Assembly: GCA_017480975.1 (NCBI GenBank)
Contig: JAFURK010000022.1
Coordinates: forward strand, 1-50,440
DNA: 50,440 nucleotides
DNA from: Bacilli bacterium
GTDB lineage: Bacteria; Bacillota_I; Bacilli_A; RF39; UBA660
Reading direction: 5' to 3'
The notes under the pieces are model-generated. The model worked only from the letters and a program-made list of their open reading frames with translations, was not told where the DNA came from and made no database searches. How positions within the stretch are numbered: position 1 is the first letter of the stretch; every line of letters begins with the position of its first letter. The position numbers and the translations under genes were made by a program. Shown piece after piece: positions 9,827 to 20,177 of this stretch.

Positions 9827-10929
9827 TGATAATGAAGTATTTTTTTACTAGTGAAGCAGTATGTGAAGGACATCCAGATAAGGTATGTGATAAGATTAGT
9901 GACTATATTTTAGATGAGGCTTTAAGACAAGATAAATATAGTAAGATGGCGGTTGAGGCTACAATTAAGAATAATACGGTTGTTATTTATGGAGAAGCTA
10001 CGACTCGGGCTAAATTAGATTATAAAAGGTTAGTAAGGGAAGTAATAGAAGATATTGGGTATATGGAAGAATTTGATGTTATTGAACTAGTTAGTGAGCA
10101 ATCTAAAGAGATAAATAATGCGGTTTGTGGGGATGAGATAATGGCTGGAGATCAAGGGATTATGTTTGGCTATGCTTGCAAGGATACAGAAGAGTTGATG
10201 CCTTTACCGATTGTTTTGGCGAATGGCTTATGTTATAAGTTAAGTCAAATTAGAAAGAGTAAGAAAGTAGATTTTTTAAAGTCTGATGGAAAAAGTCAAG
10301 TAACAGTAGAATATGTTGATGGGAAACCTAAAAGAGTTGATACAATAGTAATGGCGATAAATCATGCTGAAAGTATATCGCAAGAGAATTTGAGAAAGTT
10401 TGCTATAGAAGAAGTTATAAGTAAAGTAATTTCAAAAGAGTATTTAGATGAGGGGACTAAAATACTTATTAATCAGAGTGGTTCTTTTATAATAGGGGGG
10501 CCTATTAGTGATAGTGGGACGACAGGTAGAAAGCTAATAAGTGATAGTTACGGTGGAATGGCTAGAATAGGTGGAGGAGCAATGTCAAGTAAAGATCCAT
10601 CTAAAGTAGATAGAAGTGGAGCTTATTATGCTAGATATGTCGCTAAAAATGTAGTCGCTAATGATTTAGCGAATATATGTGAGATACAGGTATCTTATGT
10701 TATAGGTAAGAGTAATCCATTATCTTTATTTATAGATACTAAAGGAACTAATAAAGTAGCTATGGATAAGATTTATAAATATGTAGAAGATAATTTTGAT
10801 TTTTCAGTCCAAAATATTATTGATGAATTAGATTTACTTAGACCTATTTATTATGATGTAGCTTGTTATGGTCATTTTGGACGAAAAGATTTAGATTTAA
10901 GTTGGGAAATGATTAAGAATATTAATTAA
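9823..10929 (+). CDS. metK: S-adenosylmethionine synthetase
   Basis: FTSE..EGHPDK, AGDQGIMFG, DGKSQV, TGRK, GGGA-x-S-x-KDPSKVDRS and YGHFGR motifs. Confidence 0.96.
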   Translation: MMIMKYFFTSEAVCEGHPDKVCDKISDYILDEALRQDKYSKMAVEATIKNNTVVIYGEATTRAKLDYKRLVREVIEDIGYMEEFDVIELVSEQSKEINNAVCGDEIMAGDQGIMFGYACKDTEELMPLPIVLANGLCYKLSQIRKSKKVDFLKSDGKSQVTVEYVDGKPKRVDTIVMAINHAESISQENLRKFAIEEVISKVISKEYLDEGTKILINQSGSFIIGGPISDSGTTGRKLISDSYGGMARIGGGAMSSKDPSKVDRSGAYYARYVAKNVVANDLANICEIQVSYVIGKSNPLSLFIDTKGTNKVAMDKIYKYVEDNFDFSVQNIIDELDLLRPIYYDVACYGHFGRKDLDLSWEMIKNIN

Positions 10930-11044
10930 AAGGATAAATGTAATAAGGTAAATTACTTTAATCAAACAATGAATAGTCTAGAGTAACTATTTATTATGGG
11001 GATGATTCGCGAAAATTACAAGTATTATATTTGGAGGAGTAAAA

Positions 11045-12187
11045 ATGGAAGAAGTAAAAAAAATGAATGTATTAGTATTAGGAGGAAGTGGTGCTGGAAA
11101 AAGTACACTTATAAGGTCTATTTCTGGAATAGAAGTAATAACAGGAGTTGGTGAAGGTAATACGCAAAAAATAGATGTTTATGAATCTAATACTTGGCCA
11201 ATAAGATGTATTGATACAAAAGGATTTGAATATAGTGTATTTGAACAATGGCAAACAATTCGTCAAGTAAAAAAATATACTAAAGAACAATTATCTAATA
11301 AAAAATACTCATCAGATACGGGTATTGATGCGGTTTGGTATTGTGTTGAGGGAACTGCAAGACGGACTTTTTTACATAATATTATGTTAATGAATAAAGC
11401 TATAAAAGGTTGGAAAAATATACCGGTATTTGCAGTTATTACAAAATCTTATTCAGAAATTGATATTCCAGAAAATATAGAAGCAGTGCAACAAGCATTT
11501 GCCAAATCTAGTAGTGTAAACTTGAAAAAAATAATACCTGTTGTAGCAGAAGAATATGTTATAAATGAAGAAGTTAGAGTGGCACCAAAAGGAATAGAAG
11601 AACTATGTTTACAAACTTTAGATTGCATAGATGAAGCCAAAAAGATAAATCAAGAAAATAGGGCTAGAATGGTATTAGAACAAAAGAGATTTACAGCTAA
11701 TGGTACTGTTGTAGGAGCTACTGCGTCAGCAGTTATAATTGGGGCAGTACCTGTCCCGTTTCCAGATTCCGTAATACTTATGCCACTTGAAACAGGACTT
11801 ACAAAAATTATTTTTAAAATATATGGGGTTGATTATTCGGTTGAATTAGTTACTGCAATTGTTGGTTCTACAATGATTACAACAGTAGCTAAAACAATAT
11901 TAAAGTCAATACCTATTGCAGGTGCAGTTGTTAATGGAGTTGTTGCAGGAGCTATTGTATTTGCGTTAGGTGAGTCAGTTATTGCTGCGGCAGAGGCAAT
12001 ATATACTGAAAAATTAGATCCGACAAAAATAAATGAAACAGTAGAGTTTATTAGTGAAAAAGTTAAAAATAGTGCAATAGTTGGTGCTACTATTTCTTAC
12101 TTTGAAAAAAATGCAGATGAATCACAAAATAAAAAACCAAAAGAAATTTTTGATTCTATAGTAAAATCTATAAATAAGAATAAATAA
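11045..12187 (+). CDS. P-loop GTPase fused to a DUF697/YcjF-like membrane domain
   Basis: G1 GGSGAGKS, G3 DTKG, atypical G4 TKSY; C-terminal GA-x-P-x-PFPD motif and Gly/Ala-rich hydrophobic helices. Confidence 0.8.
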   Translation: MEEVKKMNVLVLGGSGAGKSTLIRSISGIEVITGVGEGNTQKIDVYESNTWPIRCIDTKGFEYSVFEQWQTIRQVKKYTKEQLSNKKYSSDTGIDAVWYCVEGTARRTFLHNIMLMNKAIKGWKNIPVFAVITKSYSEIDIPENIEAVQQAFAKSSSVNLKKIIPVVAEEYVINEEVRVAPKGIEELCLQTLDCIDEAKKINQENRARMVLEQKRFTANGTVVGATASAVIIGAVPVPFPDSVILMPLETGLTKIIFKIYGVDYSVELVTAIVGSTMITTVAKTILKSIPIAGAVVNGVVAGAIVFALGESVIAAAEAIYTEKLDPTKINETVEFISEKVKNSAIVGATISYFEKNADESQNKKPKEIFDSIVKSINKNK

Positions 12188-12254
12188 AGACTATCTAATT
12201 GGTTCTTCAATAGTTTGTTTGACTATCTTAAGAACTAATTATGGTAGTTTTTTT
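12188..12254 (+). terminator. Long imperfect hairpin with T-tail (terminator)
   Basis: ACTATCTAATTGGTTCTT...AAGAACTAATTATGGTAGT followed by a T-run. Confidence 0.55.
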
Positions 12255-12298
12255 GTATTGATTATATATTTATTGTCAATATTAATAATGGTGATTAT

Positions 12299-13729
12299 AT
12301 GAAAAATTATAGTATTTGGAAAGAAGGAGTAACATTACCTGAATTTAAGAAGCTTGATAAGGATATAGTAGTTGATGTATTAATTATTGGTGGAGGTATG
12401 ACGGGTATTAATACGCTCTATCAACTGAGGAACAGTTCTTTAGAAGTAGTTTTGGTTGAACAAAATAGGGTTGGTATGGGAGTAACGGTTAATAGTACTG
12501 GTAAACTGACATATTTACAAGATAGTTTGTATGAAAAGATAAAGAAAAGTTATGATGAAGAGGTAGCAGGTAAGTATTTGGCTTCTCAGAGAGAAGCAGT
12601 TGAGTTGGCGGTTGATATTATTAATAAGAATAAGATTGATTGTAATTTATTAAAGGCTCCTTCTTATGTGTATGCTAATGAGGAGGGAGAAGAAGCTAAG
12701 TTAAGGGAGTTAAAAAATTTTTTAGAAGATAATAATGTTAGGGTAATTAATGGTAATAGTGATTTGATTGAATATAAGGATATGATAGGAGTAGAGGATA
12801 CTTATTTATTTCAGCCATTAAAGTATATTAATGGGCTTATTAGTAATATAGATAAGACTAGTATTTATGAGGATACTTCAATTGTAAAGATGGAGAAAAA
12901 TGATGATGGCTATATTTGTTATACAAAGGATGAATTTGAAATAAGGGCTAAGTGGGTTGTTATCGCGTCGCATTATCCATATTTTAATTTACCTTTCTTG
13001 TTTCCAATTAAGGGGAGTTTAGAAAAGTCTTATCTTAGTGCTTCTAAGTATAAGGAAGATAATATTTCTTTGATTAAATATGATAAGCCTATTATTTCAA
13101 TTAGGAGCTATTTAGATTATATATTGTATCTTAGTAATTCGCATGATAATAATAGTGAAGTTGATGATAAGAAACATTATTCTGAGTTAAAGAAAAAGCT
13201 TAAGACTCTAGGATTAGATCCTGAATATATGTGGAGTAATATTGATATTATTACTAATGACGGACTGCCATATGTTGGTAAGATTGATGAGAGATTATTA
13301 ATTGGTACAGGTTATAATACTTGGGGAATGGCTAATGGGATATTAGCCGGTAAGATATTAGCAGATATTATTTTAGATAATGATAATAAGTATTTGGAAT
13401 TATTTAATCCGAAAAGAAATAATCTTGGTAATTTAGGTGGAGCAATATTAGATGGTGTTAAGAGTATTAGTGGCTATATAAGTGGAATAGTTACAGATAG
13501 TGAAAAGGTTAAATATGAAACATTAGATGGTAAAGAGATTGCTATATATGAAGATGAAGAAGGAGAGCATAAGGTTTATACTAAGTGTCCACATATGGGC
13601 TGTCGATTAATTTTTAATGAGACAGAATTGACTTGGGACTGTCCTTGTCATGCATCTAGATTTGATATTGATGGTAAGTGTATTAGTGGGCCATCTAATG
13701 AGGATATAATAGTAGAGGAAAATACTTAA
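12299..13729 (+). CDS. FAD-dependent oxidoreductase with C-terminal Rieske 2Fe-2S domain (YhfW-like)
   Basis: GGGMTG FAD motif, DGLPYVG, TGYNTWGM; Rieske CPHMGC...WDCPCHASRF. Confidence 0.92.
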   Translation: MKNYSIWKEGVTLPEFKKLDKDIVVDVLIIGGGMTGINTLYQLRNSSLEVVLVEQNRVGMGVTVNSTGKLTYLQDSLYEKIKKSYDEEVAGKYLASQREAVELAVDIINKNKIDCNLLKAPSYVYANEEGEEAKLRELKNFLEDNNVRVINGNSDLIEYKDMIGVEDTYLFQPLKYINGLISNIDKTSIYEDTSIVKMEKNDDGYICYTKDEFEIRAKWVVIASHYPYFNLPFLFPIKGSLEKSYLSASKYKEDNISLIKYDKPIISIRSYLDYILYLSNSHDNNSEVDDKKHYSELKKKLKTLGLDPEYMWSNIDIITNDGLPYVGKIDERLLIGTGYNTWGMANGILAGKILADIILDNDNKYLELFNPKRNNLGNLGGAILDGVKSISGYISGIVTDSEKVKYETLDGKEIAIYEDEEGEHKVYTKCPHMGCRLIFNETELTWDCPCHASRFDIDGKCISGPSNEDIIVEENT

Positions 13730-13823
13730 AGGTATTTCTTCTTTTTATTTGGTTAATTATTGGTAAAAATTATTAAAACTGTTTTTTTTCTTGTATAATA
13801 TGATTTAGAGATGAGGTAATGTT

Positions 13824-15044
13824 ATGGATATATTAGAGTTTTTAAGAATTAAAAAAAGTAAGAAAGTAATTGAAAGGGATGAATATAATTTAGGACAAAA
13901 GATAGAGGATTTTTTAGATTGGTATTTAAATAATATAGTGGAATTTACTCATTTAACTGATTGGGCTAAGGATGAAGAAAAAAATAAGATTAGGTATTTT
14001 ATTGAAAAGATGGCAGTTTGGTATGAACTTAGATATCCTGATTATGAGATTGATAAGTTATTAAGTGGTGATTATTGGGAACAAGATGTTAATGAAGTTA
14101 TGTTTCGTAATAATGAGCTTTTGAAAGATGTAGTAGAAGATAATGAAATGTTGGAATTATTAAATTGGAATGAATTTTATAGTACTAATGCTTTTGTTAG
14201 GTCTTTGCCTGTATATGAAAGAGAATATTTGAAGAAGCCTAGGTATCCTAAGAATATGCATATAAATTATCAATCACCTGAATTTAAGTTTTCTTCATAT
14301 CGAAGTTTAAGTTTATGTATTGATAATGAGGGGAAGGTTAAAAATGATGATAGAAGATATCTTTCATTTGATACAACGTTATACATAGGTAATAATGAAT
14401 TTAATCTTGTTGGAATGCATATTAAAGATGTATTAAAATTGTTAAAAGATAATGGTTTGAAACCTTGGACTGGTTCTATTTATGAAGTTGAGACAATTAT
14501 TCAAAATTATGAGAATGATAAGTATTTTAAAGAAGAATTATTGAATTGTATATTGTATCGTATAATTTTAAGAGGAAGACAAGGATATGGGGCTAAAAGA
14601 GGATATTTGTTTGCTAAAGAGTTTGCTCTTAATTTAGATATTCCAATGATTTATGGTATGGATAATAGTATTAGGGGAATTAAAGAATTATATAATACTT
14701 ATTTGAAAGATAATGGTAATAAAGATTTGATGGGAATAGTTGATTACTTTTTAGAAGATAAGGAAAATCCAAGACAAATGATGAGGGTTGAAGATTTTGT
14801 AAAGAGTGTAAATTATTGGACTGATGAAGAACAGGAATTAGGACAAAGATTAGTTAATCTTTTGAGTATAAGAAGAGATATGTTGGATTCTAGTTTTTTA
14901 GAAAGAGAAAAGTTTAAGGAAGAGCAAGTTAGGGAATTAGCTAAAAGAGAGAAAATAGAGCAACAAAGGTTGCAAAGAAGATTAGCTAGGGTAAAAAGAA
15001 ATGAAGAGATAAGAGCAAAAAATAGGTTGAAGATGAATAAGTGA
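13824..15044 (+). CDS. Hypothetical protein (406 aa) with charged coiled-coil, basic C-terminus
   Basis: Long ORF with GAGG RBS, TATAAT promoter and terminator; no recognisable motif. Confidence 0.8.
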   Translation: MDILEFLRIKKSKKVIERDEYNLGQKIEDFLDWYLNNIVEFTHLTDWAKDEEKNKIRYFIEKMAVWYELRYPDYEIDKLLSGDYWEQDVNEVMFRNNELLKDVVEDNEMLELLNWNEFYSTNAFVRSLPVYEREYLKKPRYPKNMHINYQSPEFKFSSYRSLSLCIDNEGKVKNDDRRYLSFDTTLYIGNNEFNLVGMHIKDVLKLLKDNGLKPWTGSIYEVETIIQNYENDKYFKEELLNCILYRIILRGRQGYGAKRGYLFAKEFALNLDIPMIYGMDNSIRGIKELYNTYLKDNGNKDLMGIVDYFLEDKENPRQMMRVEDFVKSVNYWTDEEQELGQRLVNLLSIRRDMLDSSFLEREKFKEEQVRELAKREKIEQQRLQRRLARVKRNEEIRAKNRLKMNK

Positions 15045-15051
15045 TTTTGTG

Positions 15052-15098
15052 AACTGACATTTTGGTAATAAGTGGTTGTCATTTTATGTCAGTTTTTT
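15052..15098 (+). terminator. Rho-independent terminator
   Basis: AACTGACAT...ATGTCAGTT then T-run. Confidence 0.65.
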
Positions 15099-15197
15099 AG
15101 TTTACAGATTTTGTTAATTAAGATAAATTTGTTAGGTTCTTGATAGTATTATTTTAGTTAATTTGTTATAATATGGTTGAAACGGAGGAATATTTAA

Positions 15198-16301
15198 ATG
15201 AATATAAATAGTTATATTGATAAATATGGATATTATTCTTTTAATGAAGTTCCTTTTAATGAGGTGGATAATGCTGTTTTTGCCTCTTTATCATATATTG
15301 ATTTAAATGGAATAGTTTCTCCTAATAGGTATAATAAATTGACAATAAGAGAAGCGGCTGATAAGTATTTTGAGTTACATCCAACAAAAGAAAAGAATAT
15401 GTTGGCAATTAGGAATTCTGTTAAGATGTTGAGATATCTTAAGGATACTAGAAGATATGGAGATTTATATTTATATAATTATATTTATGAACCGGGAGAA
15501 GAACAACAGTTTTCAGCGCTTACAATTGAGATAAATTCGAAGTTGGTTTATGTCTCTTTTGAGGGGACAGATCATTTAGTTAGTGGTTGGAAAGAAGATT
15601 TTATGCTTAGTTATATGTTTCCTGTTCCATCACAAAGGCGTGCAATTGATTATGTTAATAAAAACTTTTTCTTTAGAAGAAAAGAAATTATTTTAGGTGG
15701 ACACTCTAAAGGTGGTAATTTAGCATTAGTTGCTGGAATGTATGCTAATTTTTGGGTAAGAGACAGGATAGTTAAAATTTATAATAATGATGGACCTGGA
15801 CTTTTAAAGGAGCAAATAGATTCTAAATATTATGATAATGTTAAGAATAAATTAGTTCATATTGTTCCTAATTATTCTATAGTTGGTTTGTTACTTAGAC
15901 ATAGAGATGATTATGTTGTAGTAAGAGCTGCTAAAAAGGGATTATGGGCTCATAATTTGCATGCATGGGTAGTTAGGGATAAGGCTTTTATGAAAGGTGA
16001 ATTAGATCCTTTTAGTAAGGCTTTAGATGAGCAACTAATTGTATGGTTAGATCGTTATAATTTAGAGGAAAGAAAGCGTTTTGTTTTTTCTTTATTTGAT
16101 ATTTTTGAAAGGGCTAATATAGATAATCTTATTGATATTATGGATAATAAGAAATTGATTTTACATTTAATATCTGAATCTAAAGATATGAGTAATGATG
16201 ATAGAAAAATGTTAAAAGATTTTATTATTATGTTATTAAATTGTTTTAAGGATGTAAAAAAGGAAGAGTTTGTTTCTTTATTTGGTAAAAGGAAAAGTTA
16301 A
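15198..16301 (+). CDS. DUF2974-family alpha/beta hydrolase (lipase-like)
   Basis: PFNEVD..F..LSY, QQFSA, FEGTD..GWKEDF, GHSKGGNLA and DGPG motifs. Confidence 0.9.
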   Translation: MNINSYIDKYGYYSFNEVPFNEVDNAVFASLSYIDLNGIVSPNRYNKLTIREAADKYFELHPTKEKNMLAIRNSVKMLRYLKDTRRYGDLYLYNYIYEPGEEQQFSALTIEINSKLVYVSFEGTDHLVSGWKEDFMLSYMFPVPSQRRAIDYVNKNFFFRRKEIILGGHSKGGNLALVAGMYANFWVRDRIVKIYNNDGPGLLKEQIDSKYYDNVKNKLVHIVPNYSIVGLLLRHRDDYVVVRAAKKGLWAHNLHAWVVRDKAFMKGELDPFSKALDEQLIVWLDRYNLEERKRFVFSLFDIFERANIDNLIDIMDNKKLILHLISESKDMSNDDRKMLKDFIIMLLNCFKDVKKEEFVSLFGKRKS

Positions 16302-16380
16302 TAATTTGTTTGAATAAAAATGCTTATAGGGAAGTTATTTATAAGTATTTTTTGTATATGTTAATAGAAAGCAGGGATAC

Positions 16381-18282
16381 TTGATGTTGTATAAGATTAG
16401 TAATGGGGCAATTACTTTAGGTAATAAGACTATTTTAGAAGAGATTAATTTTGAGGTTAAGAATAAGGAACATGTGGCGATGGTTGGAAGGAATGGTTGT
16501 GGGAAGACAACATTACTCAGGGCTATAAATGGAGATTTAGAGTTTGAGAAGGGATTAGCTGAAGAGGATTTAGTTGTTACTAGTTTAGGGATTGATAGTA
16601 TTGGTTATATTAGACAAGATGCGATTATGGATGAAGATATTACGATGCTTGATGAAATCTTGAAGGCTTATGATAATATTTTAGAGGTGGAGAAAAGGTT
16701 AGAAAAACTAGAGAAAGAGTTGTCGATTAAGTATGATGAGAAGTTATTAAATAAGTATCAAGATTTATATTTACATTATCAAATGATTGGTGGCTATGAA
16801 TATAAGAAGGAATATGAGACTGCTATTAAGAAGTTTGGTTTTGATGATAGTGATAAAAATAAATTAATAAAAGAATTTTCTTATGGTCAAAGGACAAAGA
16901 TAGCTTTTTTGAGATTAGTGCTTAGTAAACCGGATTTGTTATTGTTAGATGAACCTACTAATCATTTGGATGTAGTGGCAATTGAGTGGTTAGAGAAGTA
17001 TTTAGAAAATTATCCTAAAATGTTAGTAGTGGTATCACATGATAGAATGTTTTTAGATACAGTTTGTAATATTACTTATGAGATTGAATATGGTAGTTTA
17101 GTTAAGTATTCAGGTAATTATTCTTATTATGAGAAACAAAAGATAATTAATTATGAAAAGAATTTACAAGATTTTGAGAGACAGCAAAAAGAGATAGAAA
17201 GACTTAGAAAAATCGCGGATAGATTTAGGTATAAGCCATCTAAGGCTAGTATGGCACTTAGCAAGTTAAAACAGATTGAAAGAATGGTTAAAATTGATAA
17301 TCCTAAAAAGGGGGATAATAGGACTTTTATGAGTAATTTTAATCCAGTAGTAGAAAGCTATCGTGATGTATTGAAGGTTAAGGAATTAAAAGTCGGCTAT
17401 GAAAAAGTGTTGGGGAGTGTTGATTTTGGTTTAGAAAGAGGAGAAAGATTAGGTATCATTGGTGAGAATGGTACGGGGAAATCAACTTTTTTGAAAACAG
17501 TAATGGGGATTATACCTAAGTTAGGTGGAAAATATACTTGGGGGAATAGAGTAGAAATTGGTTATTTTGATCAAAATGTTGAATCTCTTAATGGAGAAGA
17601 TACTGTTTTAGAGGTTATGCAAAAGGAATTTCCTTTGGTAGAGGTAGGAGAACTTCGAAATATGTTGGGGTCTTTTGAATTTTATGGTGATATGGTATTT
17701 CAGAATGTAAGTAGTTTATCAGGTGGTCAAAAAGTAAAGTTGTTACTTTGTAAAATTATGAGACATCAACCTAACGTGTTGATATTAGATGAACCTACAA
17801 ATCATTTAGATATTATAGGTAAAGAGACGATAGAAAAATTATTATTGCAATATAAAGGGACAGTTATCTTTGTATCGCATGATAGATATTTTGTTAGAAA
17901 GATTGCTACTAATTTGTTGGTCTTTGAAGGTGGTAAAGCTAATTATTATAAGGGAGATTATAATTATTATTTAAGCAAGAGAGAATCTATGGTTCAAGAA
18001 GAAATTAGCAATCAAAGTGGTAGAAGTAGCAAGGTTAAGAAAAAGTATACCAATGATTTTAAGGAAAAGTCTAAGTTAGAAAGACAAGCAGTAAAGTTAG
18101 AAAATGAAATTCAAAAGTTAGAAGAAGAAAAAGATTTATATCATAAAGAAATGCTTAAAGAGGAAGTGTATATGGATATTAATAGGGCTAGAGAAGTAGA
18201 GTTAAAGATTAAAGAGATAGAGATGTTAATTAGTAATAAGATGCAAGAATGGGAAGAAATAATAGTAAAGTTAGAAGATTAA
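16381..18282 (+). CDS. ABC-F family ATP-binding protein
   Basis: Two ABC domains (GRNGCGKTT, GENGTGKST, two LDEPTNHLD), no TM segments, C-terminal coiled coil. Confidence 0.94.
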   Translation: MMLYKISNGAITLGNKTILEEINFEVKNKEHVAMVGRNGCGKTTLLRAINGDLEFEKGLAEEDLVVTSLGIDSIGYIRQDAIMDEDITMLDEILKAYDNILEVEKRLEKLEKELSIKYDEKLLNKYQDLYLHYQMIGGYEYKKEYETAIKKFGFDDSDKNKLIKEFSYGQRTKIAFLRLVLSKPDLLLLDEPTNHLDVVAIEWLEKYLENYPKMLVVVSHDRMFLDTVCNITYEIEYGSLVKYSGNYSYYEKQKIINYEKNLQDFERQQKEIERLRKIADRFRYKPSKASMALSKLKQIERMVKIDNPKKGDNRTFMSNFNPVVESYRDVLKVKELKVGYEKVLGSVDFGLERGERLGIIGENGTGKSTFLKTVMGIIPKLGGKYTWGNRVEIGYFDQNVESLNGEDTVLEVMQKEFPLVEVGELRNMLGSFEFYGDMVFQNVSSLSGGQKVKLLLCKIMRHQPNVLILDEPTNHLDIIGKETIEKLLLQYKGTVIFVSHDRYFVRKIATNLLVFEGGKANYYKGDYNYYLSKRESMVQEEISNQSGRSSKVKKKYTNDFKEKSKLERQAVKLENEIQKLEEEKDLYHKEMLKEEVYMDINRAREVELKIKEIEMLISNKMQEWEEIIVKLED

Positions 18283-18437
18283 TTTTTGTTAGTAATAATA
18301 TTTAATTAGATTAAATTACTTATTAAGTATTTTAGTGTAAAATTTAAAGAGAAGTTTAGTAAAAAATGTAAACTTTTCTTTTTTATGGGGTTGTTTATTA
18401 ATTTTTATGATATACTTAAGAAAATAGGAGGAGAGTC

Positions 18438-20087
18438 ATGGGTGATAAGTGGTTAAAAATTTTACATTATATTGAAAATTATCGTGAATGTTATAAGAGT
18501 AAAGATTTAGATTATTATCAAATATTTGAACTTTCTAAAGAAATGGTTTCTAGTGATATTGCTAAAGCTATAAAAGATAATAGATTTACAGTTTTATTTC
18601 ATCCTGATTTAGAAAAGTATATTCCTAAAGATTATCAGACTGATTTTAAAATTTTAACAGAATTAGTTCGTGATATGGAGAATACACTTTGTAATAGTGT
18701 TAATAAGGAACGATACGATAAAAAATTGACAGAAGAATGGCAAAAGAAATGGGAATTGATTTTACATTATATTAATAATTATCGACATTGTTATGCAAAT
18801 AGAGATTTAGATTATTATAAAATATTTGAGTTACCTAGAAATGAAACGGCTGAAGAAATTACTAAGTTGTTAGAGGAAAATAGTATAAAAGCGCTATTTA
18901 ATCCTAAATATAAGGAAAAAGTTCCTATTAATTATCAAAATACTTTTCTTAATTTAACTAACTTATTTTTAGAGATGGAGAAGACTTTATGTAATAAAGA
19001 AAAGAAAGAATGGTATGATTCTAGAATGAAGAAAAAGTGGTTAGGAAATTTTGAAGAGGTATTACATTATATTGATAATTATCGACGATGTAAAAATAAT
19101 TATGATTTAGATTATTATAATATCTTTGAACTTCCTAGAGATAGAAAAGCTGATGAGATATCTAGGATATTATCGATGAGAAAATTTACAATTTTATTTA
19201 ATACTGATTATATGGAATATGTACCTAAGGATTATCAAATTGATTTTATGAATATGGTTGGTTTTGTTTCTGATATGGAAAATAAGCTTTGTAATGAAGA
19301 GAGTAAGAAACAATATGACGCTAAGCTTGAAAAAAGAAAAAAAAGAAAGGAAGCAGTTCGAGAAGCTAATAATAGTAAGAAAAAGGAAATTGAAATAATT
19401 GGTGGTGTTATTAATAGTAAAGGGGTTGTTGTGTCTAATTATAATGATTTTATTGATAATCGAGATAAAAGAGATATTGATATAATAGTTAGTGAAAATA
19501 TAAAAAAATATGGTTTTCAGTTTACTTTTGACGCTATTGGTAATTTTATATTTGAAGAAAATTCTAAAGGGTTTACGAGGGATAATAATATTCGAGAAAA
19601 AATTGATAAAATTGGTAAACAAAAATTACAGTACTTTTTAAGAATTTATAGTGATGATAAACAATTTTCTCGAGATGATTTGAGTACTATTATATATTAT
19701 TTTAATGATTTAGTGTTAAGGGATAAGCAATTAAAAAATAAAATGCAAATATTTGAACAGGCTAGTATAGCTACAATATCTACTAATGATATTTATGGTT
19801 ATGAAACTTTAGTTGGTGCTGTAAGGAAATTTATTGAACAGAAAGATTATGGTATTTTTTCGGCTAATTTAAGGCAAAAATTACATGAGATGGTTAATCA
19901 TCGTGATGGTAAGATCTTGGTACAAATGTATTTATCTAGTTATCGTTTTGATGATTTTAGGTATAATTATAAAAATTTAGAGAAATTATCTGATGAAGAG
20001 TTGGCTAATGAATTTAGTGATTTTTTAAGTCAACAAATTATTGCTAATGAGGTTAAGACTTCTAGGAAATCTAGTAGGGCTGGGTGA
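18438..20087 (+). CDS. Protein with three tandem J-domain-like repeats and an unknown C-terminal region
   Basis: Three ~97-aa repeats LHYIxNYR...DLDYYxIFEL...LCN...YD; HPD only in repeat 1. Confidence 0.8.
   Translation: MGDKWLKILHYIENYRECYKSKDLDYYQIFELSKEMVSSDIAKAIKDNRFTVLFHPDLEKYIPKDYQTDFKILTELVRDMENTLCNSVNKERYDKKLTEEWQKKWELILHYINNYRHCYANRDLDYYKIFELPRNETAEEITKLLEENSIKALFNPKYKEKVPINYQNTFLNLTNLFLEMEKTLCNKEKKEWYDSRMKKKWLGNFEEVLHYIDNYRRCKNNYDLDYYNIFELPRDRKADEISRILSMRKFTILFNTDYMEYVPKDYQIDFMNMVGFVSDMENKLCNEESKKQYDAKLEKRKKRKEAVREANNSKKKEIEIIGGVINSKGVVVSNYNDFIDNRDKRDIDIIVSENIKKYGFQFTFDAIGNFIFEENSKGFTRDNNIREKIDKIGKQKLQYFLRIYSDDKQFSRDDLSTIIYYFNDLVLRDKQLKNKMQIFEQASIATISTNDIYGYETLVGAVRKFIEQKDYGIFSANLRQKLHEMVNHRDGKILVQMYLSSYRFDDFRYNYKNLEKLSDEELANEFSDFLSQQIIANEVKTSRKSSRAG
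18447..19330 (+). repeat. Intragenic tandem triplication (~290-300 nt unit)
   Basis: ttacattatatt..aattatcg and gatttagattattat recur near 18460, 18760 and 19060. Confidence 0.85.
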
Positions 20088-20177
20088 TATTAGTTTAGGT
20101 TTAAAGATTGTTAAGTTGAAAAGTACTTATAAGTATTTTTCTTAAAGAAATAGAAAATGATGGTAGGAGGATGTAAA

